Part shown: in pieces, positions 36,971 through 48,873 of the stretch
Layout: each line of letters begins with the position of its first letter
Numbering within the stretch: the stretch's first letter is position 1
Source: Coniocarpon cinnabarinum
Lineage: Eukaryota
DNA length: 64,000 nucleotides
Direction: 5' to 3'
Assembly (NCBI GenBank): GCA_051942205.1
Contig: JAVECO010000049.1
Coordinates: 1-64,000 of the forward strand
Program-made: the position numbers and the translations under genes
The notes under the pieces: generated by a model
Database searches by the model: none
Told to the model about the DNA's origin: nothing
The model's input: the letters and a program-made list of their open reading frames with translations, nothing else

Positions 36971-38054
36971 GTCAAAGCTTGAGGGCAGACAAGCCGGCGA
37001 GCTACGAGCCTTGTGAGACTAGCTGCTGGAGACTGCATGAAATGCTCTACGCATACGTAGGCACACTATCGCAAGAAAAGCTGTCCCGCTGATCTTGGGG
37101 TAACCTCCAGTGCCTGCATAGCAGCGCCTGGGGTACTCTTGGTGCTCTGGAGTTTTGGAGAGACGCAGCAAGCACTTATCAGAATGATGGGAAGACGACC
37201 GTATCGCTAAATCATGGTACTAAAAGGGTTTTCGGAGACAGCGGTGGGCTCTGTCACACTGTCAACACAGCAATGCGCCCACCATTCGTGAGCTGTTAGG
37301 TTGCCATATATCCGAGATAAACAGGACGATTAAATAGTTACAGCTCACTACGTTAAGTTATTATGAAGTCTGGAGTGTGTCCAATTGTGGGGGAGGGCAC
37401 GCGGGCACGCGGTCGGGAAAAAACGCAGCACACCAAAATGGGTGCGGCATTCTCCTCAAGAAACGCGATGTAGAATTTTGATAAAACTTTAATGGGAGTA
37501 GAAACCATAAAGTTTACTCTATGTAATGCCAGAATATTAATTTATTGTATCTAAGCGTGAAAGAGATATGTGGCTGTATAGAGTAGCGATTTTCGTGAGA
37601 GTGTCTTGAAGTGTGCCGCTTTTTTTTCGGGCTTCCATCTACTAGGGACACTTTTTTGCCAAGACGCTTGACCACCAGTCTCTCATCGCTTTCGTTTCCG
37701 TTTTCGCATTGACGAAGCTCTCATGAGCGCGGTCGCCGTTTCATATCTACAGCTTCTAGTGATGCAACGGACATAAGCGCGCCTAATCTCGCCAACCGAG
37801 AGGGAGAGAAGCTCGTCGCACCTATAATGGAAGGCAAGCAGTCGCGGAGTACATGGAACGAGGCGCAGTCCCGACCAGTGAGCCCCGCGTCCGTCATGTT
37901 CGTTTCCAACACCAGTGTTCGCCCATCTGGCTGTCTGCAATTAAGAACAGCGACGTCCCAATTCGAAAGCCTTTGACAGGCTTTCTCCACAAAGCGATCA
38001 CTTCTCATCGGATGTAGCGAAATCCTCCTGACAATGCCGATGTATCCAAGATCC

Positions 38055-38840
38055 ATGTCTTTCCAAAATCAAACTGTCATTGTTACAGGCGCAGGCTCAG
38101 GCCTGGGTAAAGCCATCGCCAAGGCCTTTGCTCACGCCGGCGCCAACACAGTCCTCTTCGATCTCAATAAATCCCGCTTAGATACCACTATCTCAGAACT
38201 TCAAGCAGTCAAGCTACAATCAAAGGTGGTTGCAGTAGAAGGCAGCGTCACATCCGAAGAGGACATTCAAAAGGCCGTCAACGAGGCCAAGTCACTAGGC
38301 AATGGCCGTCTTGATGTGCACATCAACTGCGCCGGCGTCATGGATAGGATCGAGCCCGTAGGCGAACTCGAACGCGACGTGTGGGACCACGTCATTGGCG
38401 TCAACCTCACGGGCACGTACATTGCTACGAGACTCGCCGTGAACACCATGCTCGCTCAGGAGCCAGCAGGTGGCTGCATCTTGAATGTCGCCAGCATAGC
38501 GGGCGTCAAAGGCGGCACGGCCGGCGCCGCCTATACTGCGTCGAAGCACGGGATGCTGGGCCTCACGAAGAACACAGCTGCTTATTACGCTAAACAGGGC
38601 ATTCGATGCAATGCCATTTTGCCAGGAGGCATGGACACCAATATTAGTGGCAGAGTGTTGGGGGGCATCCAGACGATCAAGGCGGAGAATTATGCGGTCG
38701 TGCAGTCGAATATGGCGATGCAGCCGGCTATGTGTGATGTAGGCGAGGTTGCGAAGACCGTGCTGGCCATTTGCGGTGAAGCTGGAGGGATGCTGAATGG
38801 TGCTTGCATTCCTGTGGACAATGGATGGACAGCGAATTGA
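38055..38840 (+). CDS. Classical short-chain dehydrogenase/reductase
   Basis: TGAGSGLG Rossmann motif, INCAG, NVAS, catalytic YTASK, IRCNAILPG, VDNGW. The start may instead be 38034 or 38040. Confidence 0.93.
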   Translation: MSFQNQTVIVTGAGSGLGKAIAKAFAHAGANTVLFDLNKSRLDTTISELQAVKLQSKVVAVEGSVTSEEDIQKAVNEAKSLGNGRLDVHINCAGVMDRIEPVGELERDVWDHVIGVNLTGTYIATRLAVNTMLAQEPAGGCILNVASIAGVKGGTAGAAYTASKHGMLGLTKNTAAYYAKQGIRCNAILPGGMDTNISGRVLGGIQTIKAENYAVVQSNMAMQPAMCDVGEVAKTVLAICGEAGGMLNGACIPVDNGWTAN

Positions 38841-38964
38841 GGTCTCTCGGAGGTGACGCTTATTTTCCCAAACATACTAGTGTTACAGGGTCTCTAGATT
38901 GCTTTGTGCAAACATCCAGTACACTTACAGAGCTATTTTCAAGATGCCTCCCATATATGGCGGC

Positions 38965-40088
38965 CTATGCTTTTCTGCCTTGAGAAGCGTTACTAGAAGG
39001 CTTCTCTCTGAACCTTCGCGTAAGGTCTTCCAGCTCCTTCTTCTCGCCAACCAGCTCGCCTTCGCTCTTGTGGATGCTGTTCTCAACTTGCTCGACCGCA
39101 CGCTCGATCTCGACTTCTAAGCCTGGCAGCTTGAACCGTTCAGCCATTAGCTTGCCGTTCCATCCTTGCAGAAGCATGACTTCTTCTTCGCCAGTGTGGA
39201 GCTTTTTGCCGGTGCCGGGCCGAATTTTCGAGGCGGATGGCAGTACAGGCTGCGAATCAACTGCTTTTTGTGAAGACTTATTCTGAACGTTCGCCTCGCC
39301 TTTGGCAGGTGTTGGTGGACTCGTTTGTTGGCGTAGCTGCTCAACCACAGCTGTGGACTGATCGAGAGTAGGATCTGGAGCATCTCGTGATGCAGCTCTG
39401 GTGGGATATAGCAAGCCCGCGGTGTACAAATTGTCCAGAGCGGAAGAAGGCTGTGGCTCCAGTCGGCCCTCTGAAAGCATCTCATTGAGATGGTCGCTGC
39501 CTCTCAACGCCTTCCAGTGTGAGTATGCTCTAAATGCAAGATAGAAGAAGGGGATGTTGGGTATTCTGTACCTTCGTTAGCTCTGCTTCGACACTGCGCA
39601 CCTCTTTCCACTCACATTGGCAAGAGCCCGAACGGCAAAGTCAGCGGCATGCCCGCAATGCTGTACCACATTCGTTGCCTATGCAATCCCCGTCTCTCCG
39701 TCGCCAGTCTCCGCACCGTATCAGACATGCTCTCCTTGCACAGTCCCTGGTAGAGACCAGGAAACAGAACCTGGACCTTCTGCGGCGCCTCTTTCTTTTC
39801 ACCCTCAGCGCCTTTTAACCTTCCACTCTTGCGTTGACTTGGCGGTATTGACTTCAAGCCCCATTCTTCGTACGGGATTCGGCGAAACGCCATGTTCCCG
39901 TACTCAGTCGTGCGCTTTTTCCAATTGCGCACACTTTCCGTGTCCTTCTCCCAGCTTGCCCATGTTTCGTTTGCTTTGAGCACCGCTCGATCTAGGAGAG
40001 AGGGTTTCCCGGCAGACGTTGTCAACGACGGAGGTGCGCAATAGATCAATGTCCGACGTGTGCTGATTGGTAAGAGAAAGAGTCGCAT
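38965..40088 (-). CDS. Mitochondrial K+/H+ exchange-related (Mit_KHE1-like) protein
   Basis: MRLFLLPISTRRTLIYC, RIPYEEWGLKSIPP, PLTLPFGLLPIIPNIPFFYLAFRAYSHWKALRGS. Intron 39566-39615. Confidence 0.8.
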
Positions 40089-43000
40089 TGCTATGGATGA
40101 ATGGAGAGAACAGGCGGCGATTTAGCTCGAAGGTGAAAGGAGTCGTGCGATTGGAAATGCTTCTTGCTACCCCATGCTGTTCCGATTCATGACTTGGACA
40201 TCACGATAACCGATTCACCAAACGTTTCCCGGATGTTCCACGCGACATTGATCTCGAAACGGTGCATTGGTTCCCAATTAACCTGTCAGAAGTTGGGACC
40301 TTGCACTGGTCACCTGACGTCACGTGGTAAGGGAAAAGTATATTGTAGCACACAACTTGCCCACATCTCGCATCACTTCCAGCTTAAATTTGGACCCGAA
40401 AGCCATTGGTGATTTTGAGGTATTTGCAACTTTACATTTCAATCATGCACATCCTCAGATCGATATCTTGCCGAGTATAGAATGACCTCAATTCTCCACG
40501 AGTGAAAAGACCCCGGAAGGTGATCATTTTAAGACGTTGAAGATAGGAGGTACCGTGATCACTAGTAGTATGGAATTGCTGCTGTTGCGTAGGCTGATGG
40601 ATCTCTCTGTGCCGACATTGCGCTCAAGAAATGACGCGTGACAATAAAGATGCCCGTGGTCCGCATGGAATCGTTTCAAAGACCCTCGAATCCCATCCGC
40701 AAGACATTCGGGCTGAGTTAAACTTCTCTCAGAATGCAATTTTCAAACAGGCTTCGCTTCTCCTGGGTCGCTGCTGAGATGAGCGGCTGGCCACTGCCGG
40801 ACGCGGCACAAGATGCCAAGAGCGAGCATGTGGAACACAACGCGAAGACGATGCTGAATCGGTTCGAGCGTAGCTTTGCGAAAAAGTGATTTGGCATCGC
40901 TGTGAGGTAGCGACTGGGAGGGACCTGGCATGAAGTGACTCAAGACTACCAATGTTGGAATGCGAAGGCTCAAGGTTATAGTGAAAGATTGTCCATCCAG
41001 GAGCGCTGCTGCATTATGGTATGCTGTTGGTATAACATAGGTTGTGTTCTCTGATAGTAGCGAGAATGATCATTCCTCATGATTTTCCCGGTAATCAAGT
41101 GCTTCACTTGCATAATGGATACATTTCTCAATATCATCATAGTATCATCTAAATACCTAGCAAGTTCGTGATGCTCATAGACATCGGCTACGAGAGTATG
41201 CCAATTATGTAACTTAGTAGAGAGGGCGCTGACGGAGTTTGTAAATACACTCTATCCATTGCACCAGTGGGCTGCCCAAAATCGAGGTAGCAAGGGAGGC
41301 CTTATTTTTTCAGTCCTGTCAAGATATGCAAGGCGCGCTGACCAACACTATCTAGTTCTCGCCGTCATCGCTACTCTCACTACTGTTTTGTGAAGCGACA
41401 TCGACGTCAATCACATGGAATTGTTCCTCATTGTGAACCGGCTGCACCTCATACACAAGGCATTCGCTCGAGCCTTCTCTAACAGCATCAAGATTTCTCC
41501 CAAAATACAGCCTAAACACGGCTTTCCTCAGCCCATAATGGCCATATTGGTTGAACTCCTCGGGGTTCTTGTCTCGTTGCTTGTGCCAGTCCCAATATTC
41601 CTGCCTGTATGCTATGTTAATGGGAGCTTATCAGGAGAAGTTGCATTTCTTTTCAGGTCACTCACTCTACCCAAACAAATTGGGGCTGCTGGTTGCGACA
41701 CTTTTCGCTCTCCTCATATACCTTGCGAATGGCTTTTTCGAATGCCTCCGCGCTGCCAAAGTTGTAGTCAAAGTGCGCCCAGCTCCATTCATTCATGGAT
41801 CCGGTAATGTTGGGGTTAGGCCCTTGGTCCTTGACTCGGACGGGAAACCGCTTGACGCTGCCGCTGATATGAGGCCTGTGCCGAGAGTCCATGACGGTTT
41901 GAAGACACAATTACCTGTCAATGGCAAACAAAGCTCTAGGGAAAGCGGATAGATAATCAGTTCAAAGTGATTAAGCCAAAGTAGCACTTGTTTGCGTTCT
42001 ATGTAGCCAGGCGGCAATCGTAGCAGGCCTTGACGAGATTTATATCTACACGTACAGGCGGAATTAAGAGTTATTCCTATGGCCAAGCTGGCCTCTACGT
42101 GGTTGGGAGACATCGCCAGACGAGAGACTGTCGATCCAGGACGAGCAAAGCGTCTAGTACGACTCTTTGCGACTGCACACTTCTCTATGACTGACGTGTC
42201 TTTAAATCGTCATGTTAGTGGCTGTAAATGGCCAAGCGAATCGTCTTTTCATTCAACGTAGCGTATTTCTTACGCGAATGCAACAAGCGATCTACTAGCG
42301 TCCCAGAGTCAATACCGAGGCTTCAAACCCGGGACCAGCTCGTAACGTGTCAAGAAGTATAGAAGTCTGTATATGGTAGAGGACCGATTCTTTGACTAGG
42401 TGGCGTTTGGAGCGAGTCAAGCATACTGCGGGTCCAGTTCTGCCACCAAGATTGGGAACTCACGTACCTGCCATCGCTACATACCTGCACAAGTTGCATC
42501 AAGCCAAGCCTGGAGATACGAGCCGTTTGAACAGCAGACGTCTTCTCTGAGTGGACCAGTGCTACAGCCATATCTTGAAGCCGAGTGAAAAGCCTGTTGT
42601 TTTTAGATACGGTTGGCGTACTCTGAGTCCGCCATCGTCTGTCTAAGCAATTGCGATCGTAGTGCTGAGTACCGGCCGCATCTAAAATACGCCAGAGAAT
42701 TGCCCGCGCTGGAATCCAAGTCACACTTGACCTGAAAGTCAAATCGTTTCCTTCGCCGACGGGAGGCGAAATCCTTCTAGACCCATGAGACTGTGGGTCA
42801 AAATTCGGTGTTGAAATTACAAGAGTGACTAGTACAGGATGCACCTCCTTAACTGTGGCATGAGAAAGAGAACCTCTATCAAGGCAGTCATACCTACTCC
42901 TTTCTTAAGAGCAACTTGCATCTTCTAACCCTACCAATGTACAATAGCGCACGGTTTGAGTATACTAAGGCACGTGACGCTAGATCAAGCCGCGTGCCAA

Positions 43001-43210
43001 GACTTCCATCATGAGGGCCAACTTTCCACCAAAATCTATACTTCATGATTTTGCGTCAAACCATTCTTGCTGCATATATGGCTTCGTATCCCACACGACT
43101 ACTAGAGCACACTATACAACGCTACAGCTGACACGAAGCCCGATATCCGTACGGAAAACACACCCATCACCCATCCCCAACTTCATGCACATCCAAACCC
43201 CCAGGACACC

Positions 43211-44667
43211 ATGTCCAACTCCGCCCACGATCGCGGCCGCACGGGTTTCTTCAGCGCTGCAAGACGAATGCTCAAAGCTGGTACTAATGCCTCGAAAACA
43301 AGCCTCAAGCCTATCTCAGAAGACCACGCCCTCGGCGGCTCTGGCCAGAACGAGAAGTCAATAGATCCGGAAAAGGAGGGGTATGATCCTAGCGGAACAA
43401 CGGGCACGCCGCCTAAAGAGATAGCGATAGATGAGGAGGCTGAGGATCGCGACCGACGGCGGACGGTCCGCACAATTCCGCGTATGGCCCTGTTGACATT
43501 TCCTCCTACGAAGTTCAGCACCGTACTCACGCGTATATCTAGCATGGATTCACTCGTTCGCGGCAGACGAGTCTTCCGCTGAGCAAGATCAACGCTCCTA
43601 CCTTCTCCCGAGTGTGCCCTTTATCGCGCAACCACCTCATCGAAACTTCACGCCCGAGCCCAAGCACAATGCCGCGAAAGGTCGACGATTCGACTATGCC
43701 CGGGAGTGGGACCCCGTCACAGCGCGCAGACCCCTCGCCCTGACCGCACCGCATTGGCAGTCTTTCACCGCTGCCGCGACGCCGCCGAAGATTCCAGAAG
43801 AACCAGGAACGATAATGGACGATGAATGGGAAAAGGAGAACTTCAAGGATCTCGGTAGCCCCTGGAATCCAGTGGGCATGGGTATCGACACGCAGAAACC
43901 CAAAGGCTTCTGGCTCTTCAACAAGGAACGCCGCCGCGCCGCTGGTCGAAGAGTACACGTATGTGTCCGCCTTGTCCAGCTGTCACTGCTCATAAGGCTT
44001 CTCCCAAGACTAACCTATCCAGCGCACACTCATGCAGAACTCCTTCGTCCCGCTCGTCCTCCGCCTCGTCCTCATCATCTTCGTAGCGGCCTCTCTCGGC
44101 ACCTCTGCCTCCATCTTCAGCCGGACTAACAGCCTCAACCACCCCTTTTCATCAACACATCCCGCGCCATCCTCCCTCTCCGACGACTCAGCTACTTGCC
44201 AACAACAGCCCTCTACATATCTCGCCGTCATCCTTGCGACGGTCGCCATCCTCTATCTCTTCTATATTACGTGGGACGAGTTTTCTTCGAAGCCCCTCGG
44301 TCTGCGGCGTTCATCCGACAAAATTCGATTATTATTCTTAGATCCGATTTTCTTTGTGTTTGGTGCCGCGAATGTGAGTATCGCGATGAACACGCTGCTC
44401 GATCGGCAATGGGCATGTTTCGAGAATCTGCCAGGCGGCCCTGCCAAAGGACAGAGCGTATGCGTGCACGACGGCAGTTTATGCCAGAAACAGCGCGCGT
44501 TGTGCGGATTGCTTGTCATCGTGCTTGGGGTCTGGATGGGTACATTTGCAATTAGTGTGTTGAGGTATGCCACCCCTGACACCCTCCCTGCACCTATAAA
44601 TGGGATTGGGCGTGGAAGTGAAAGTGTGCTAATATCGGCTAGGGTGGTCGAAAGAACCGCACGGTAA
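43211..44667 (+). CDS. SRF1: Membrane protein resembling regulator of phospholipase D Srf1
   Basis: RTVRTIPPWI across intron 43482-43542. C-terminal 4-TM region with FVPLVLRL, CQQQPST, DEFSSKPLGLR...KIRLLFLD...ANVSIA. Further introns 43959-44022 and 44565-44642. Family assignment is from memory. Confidence 0.7.
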
Positions 44668-45505
44668 GACACATCAACATACAATCACGACGATCACGAA
44701 TCTAGACCATTTAGCGAGGCGTTATGTGAACTATATTCTAAATGCATAAAGGACGGGGTTTTGATGACGGTCCATCGCGCTTTGCTAATGCGGGCGTTTT
44801 TAGACGACCGCATGTGTATCGCTGCCATATCTGGTGAGGCACTTTGATGACTGGTTGGGTATGGATGTGTTTGTTGAAGCGTTGATACCTGAAAATAGAC
44901 GATGACAGCTTGGCATTGGACAGTGGGCAGTGATGAGCGCATTTGCACGGGATAAAGACGATGCTCACTGCAGTCGTTGTTCGTTGTATATGAGCATGTT
45001 CCTTTCTGTTCTTCTTCATTGTCATGAATATGAACACAGTTCTGTGCAGATGTGCTGAGGTATGTGAGAGCAGTAACCCTTGATATCGCTGAGGCAATCT
45101 CTGATACGATTGGGTCGCAGTCGGCAAGATAGGGACGTCTTTCACGTTGATACTCTCTCTGGTTCACGAACCTAATTGCTTTCGAGTTCACAATATGCTG
45201 CCTGTCACTCGTCACACGACATGACTCTTCGAATCCTCATGCTCTCAATAGCTCGTACGAGCGTATCTGTCGCTCTGCGTCGTCTGCATCGAGCTTCGCA
45301 AATGCCACAAGACTCCACGCTTTGCATACTCACGTGCCGTAAGGATAGGCTTACAGCCCTCACATTTCCGGGCATAAGGAGATCCTAATCCCGCTTAGCT
45401 TTTGCTTCTGAAGCACGCGTCTAGCCCGGAGCTATGCCTCGTCCTCGCTCGGTTTAGGTTCAACTCACGAACCCCACCCGTGCCCTTTGAAAACACCACT
45501 CAACT

Positions 45506-46057
45506 TTAAACATCCAAAGCCGGCCCTTCATGGCCATAAATCGGATCCCTCCTAAACCAACTCAATCCACTGATCCTCCCCTCCGCCCCCTCCTCGCCCT
45601 TGCGCCCATCTCCATAACACATATCCCACTCGCATCCCACAGGGTACGCTCCAACCATCACAAACGGCCTCTCCCGTTCCTCCAAGAGACGATGTCCGAC
45701 CCCCGCCGGTACGACGATCACATCTCCCCGTTCCAAAACAGCTTCATACCTCTCAGGATTGTCTTCGTGGCCGAAACAGCAAAGAGCGCTCCCTGATGCG
45801 ATTGAGAGGATTTCGTGGGATGTGCTGTGGAAGTGGCTGAAGGGGTACATGCTATACGTCCATTGGGGGGATACGACGTTGACAGCGCGGAGGTGGGACT
45901 GGATTTGGGACGTGCTTGTTTCTTTGGTGAAGGTGGTGTGGTAGTGTATCAATGGCTTGTGCTGGAGCGAGGTATTTGGGGTGCTATGGTGAGCAGGGAT
46001 TTGGAGTTTTGTGGTACGGAGGTGGGAGAGGGGTGTCAGGTTGGCGAATTTGGACAT
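45506..46057 (-). CDS. Cupin-domain protein (YjlB-like)
   Basis: IP...PNT...PLIHY, cupin motifs HFHSTSHEIL and GDVIVVPAGVGH, MVGAYP, DPIYG. Start ATG 46057 (MSKFAN). Confidence 0.87.
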   Translation of the reverse strand: MSKFANLTPLSHLRTTKLQIPAHHSTPNTSLQHKPLIHYHTTFTKETSTSQIQSHLRAVNVVSPQWTYSMYPFSHFHSTSHEILSIASGSALCCFGHEDNPERYEAVLERGDVIVVPAGVGHRLLEERERPFVMVGAYPVGCEWDMCYGDGRKGEEGAEGRISGLSWFRRDPIYGHEGPALDV

Positions 46058-47573
46058 TGTATGTGTATTGTTGTTCTTGTAGACCTGTGGCGCGTTCGAT
46101 ACTTGATGTTTAAATGTCGGACATAATTTGTTTTGATGTAGGTGGTCGCTTTCTGTGACGTCATATGAATTCGGCAAAGACGTCGTTCGAGCCGGAAAGC
46201 CAGATATTATCCTCTTGGTTAAGAGGTCCGTCGCATGCTTCGAACGTGAGCTGCCTGGCCGGCGAAAGGCGTTGATATTCTCCCGAGCGTGCAGCTTGTG
46301 TTTGTAGTGACGACACTCTTCTCGCAACTTATGTAGAGATCCAAAACCCGGGCAAGATTGGTAGAGGAACTGTTTCTTCCAATCAATTATTTTGCGTGGA
46401 GGGATAGAGTCCTCCTTGTTGTCTTCTCAAATCCCCAGCAGTCTTAATTCCTAACGTCTCGCCTTACCTTGCGGTCCCTTGGTTCACTGCCAATAGGTGG
46501 CTGGCCAGGTGGCAGTTCATTTAGCTCATTCATTAGGTCGGCATCGCGTTGTGAATGGGGGAATCATGACTGGATCTGCCGCGATGCTGATAATGGAGTA
46601 GTACAAGCCGTGCATACACGCTCGATGGGCGTGTCGAGGTTGACACACAGATTGACTTTCTCAAGAAGTAAGTAGATCTTACAATGAAATTGTTCAAAGG
46701 ATGAAAGATACAGTCTCACGGGTTAGATGACCGTCCATGTCATTTTGGGAGGTGAAAGAGCTGTTCGTGTATTCCGTGCAACGCTTCGGGATATATTGCG
46801 CAGTTTTGAATATCATATATACGAGACTCAACAGCGTCAAGAAGTGCAATAAAACAAACATGAGGGCACATGTTTCTCGAATCCAATTGCTCCTGAGTGA
46901 AGGGATGTGGAGAAAACAGTCTACGGGGGTTGAGTCAATTGATTGACTTTGAAGGCCGTTGAACTGGAAACAGGACATTGCTGTAATTCGGATATCGAGT
47001 CATGACTGAAGGCGGTATGAACGCCGCTGCCAACGCAGGTTGAGGAAGTACTTGCTACATGTCTGGGGCTAGAGTGACTAAGCACTTGCTCTTCCGATAT
47101 TTTCATCTTTCAGCGAACAGTAGCAGTCTGAGAGCTCTTGCAGATGTGATTGAAAAGCGGAGGTCATGAAATGATCTATCCGAAAGCATTTCTGGGCACT
47201 TTTCTCGCAAAGGAAAACGACTTGTAGGTGGTTCTAATTTGCTAGAAGTGGTCAACAAAGTAAATATCGCAGCCACTGGGAGGCTCGTCAGGTCGACGAG
47301 TTGTGAAGAAGAAGCCCAGAGATCAGGAAGACAAATATAAATGGTTGAAAACTCACACGTGCCTTCGCGTATTGAACGCGTTGGTGAGAGCGGACAAAAC
47401 ATTATCCGAAATGAGGCTGAACCTTGCGAGATGTTACCAGCCACGCCAGCACGTGAGACGTCCTCTTCATGTCTCAAGTCGTGTGTGAGACCCATCATAG
47501 ATGATGTAAATTCGTCGGATGCAATGAGCTGAAGACCCAACGGTGTGCAAGCTGCGTCCGTTGACGCCCTCAA

Positions 47574-48581
47574 ATGAGACCATGCAGCCTCATCAAAGTC
47601 AACTGCAACCATAGCCTCCATCCAGCATGGCACCCCCAATTCTTATCATCAAATAATCTAAGACCTGTCCCAATATGGAGCCGTGCAGCCAGCACGGTAG
47701 CCCTCGGCACCGCCTACGAACACACTGTCTCTCGTTCCTTAAAACGTCTCGGCTTCTCCCTAGTCCGCGTCGGCAAGTCCAACGACTGCGGCATCGACCT
47801 CGTTGGCACCTGGACCTTGCCATCGATTCATGCGTCATCCGCTCATAGCACCAGCAAGACGTCAAAAACAGCTAAAATCCCCGTCTTCGTGCAATGCAAG
47901 AACATTATACCCGCGGGACGAACCATGCCCTCGCAGATGCGAGAAGTCGAGGGGGCTTTTCCCGCTTTGCGGAGGGCTTTTGCGACGGCGAGAGCTGATA
48001 GAGCTGCTGATGGGGTTGCAAACGCTATAAGTCGGTCCGAATTCCTGAGGTGGGAGGACGGTGCTAGCTCTGTGACTGAAGTCACGCAAGACTCGAAGGA
48101 CGATGCGGCTTCGAAAGAAGCTCCTGATCCGCATGGACCTGATTGCAGTGCTCATGAAGTCGGAGAAGTCAGAGGCGCTGTTGGCATTTTAGCTACGACC
48201 CGACCCGCCACGAAAGGCGTGCGAGAGGCGTTGGGCAGAAGTCGGAGGCCTTTGGCGTATCTGCAAGTTCTTTGGGGTGGTAATGACGCGGCCTTGGATA
48301 ATACCAGCAGACAGTCACCAGAAGCAGAGACTCACGAAGGTGTTGAAGTGAGACGAGACGAGGCGACGAGAATTGCACAGATGTTATGGAATGCTAAAGC
48401 AACTGGTCCTAATGTTGGAGAGGGAGCGCTTGCACGTTGCGGTGTTGGCGTAAGATACGTTGATAAGCTCACTGCTGCCAAGCAAAGCGATTTCGGTGAC
48501 GGTGCTGAGAAAGCACAATTGATCAACGAGGTGGTATTACAATGGCAGGGTCAGGTATGGGATCCCCTTGATCACGAATGA
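47574..48581 (+). CDS. RRG7: Rrg7-like mitochondrial protein (restriction-endonuclease-like fold)
   Basis: STVALGTAYE...LKRLGFSLVRVG...DCGIDLVGTW, VFVQCK, REVEG, ATKGVREAL, QMLWN. The start is uncertain. Confidence 0.75.
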   Translation: MRPCSLIKVNCNHSLHPAWHPQFLSSNNLRPVPIWSRAASTVALGTAYEHTVSRSLKRLGFSLVRVGKSNDCGIDLVGTWTLPSIHASSAHSTSKTSKTAKIPVFVQCKNIIPAGRTMPSQMREVEGAFPALRRAFATARADRAADGVANAISRSEFLRWEDGASSVTEVTQDSKDDAASKEAPDPHGPDCSAHEVGEVRGAVGILATTRPATKGVREALGRSRRPLAYLQVLWGGNDAALDNTSRQSPEAETHEGVEVRRDEATRIAQMLWNAKATGPNVGEGALARCGVGVRYVDKLTAAKQSDFGDGAEKAQLINEVVLQWQGQVWDPLDHE

Positions 48582-48873
48582 ATATCAAACTTGAGGGTGT
48601 AGATCATGCAGCCTCACAGAAGCTTGTAAGCATAGCGGGTGCGACTGACTCAATATAGAATATCTGTATTGATATGTCGCACGTAACGAAACTATCGTAT
48701 ATCTTCGAGTATCTATCGTGGGGTATCTACCGAGCCAGCTGATAAACAACGCCGTCGCTATGATAATACTGATTGATCTAATACGTGACCAGCGCCGGTT
48801 AGATACCCAATTCCCAAGGCGATCACCTTGGTACGTCCTCGCAACTGCCTTTAAGACCCGCAGGTAGCGTGTC

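Noticed and set aside
46400..47540. Gene between the cupin and RRG7-like genes
   Set aside because: There are short protein-like fragments and one GTAAGT donor, but I could not build a consistent spliced model or recognise a family.
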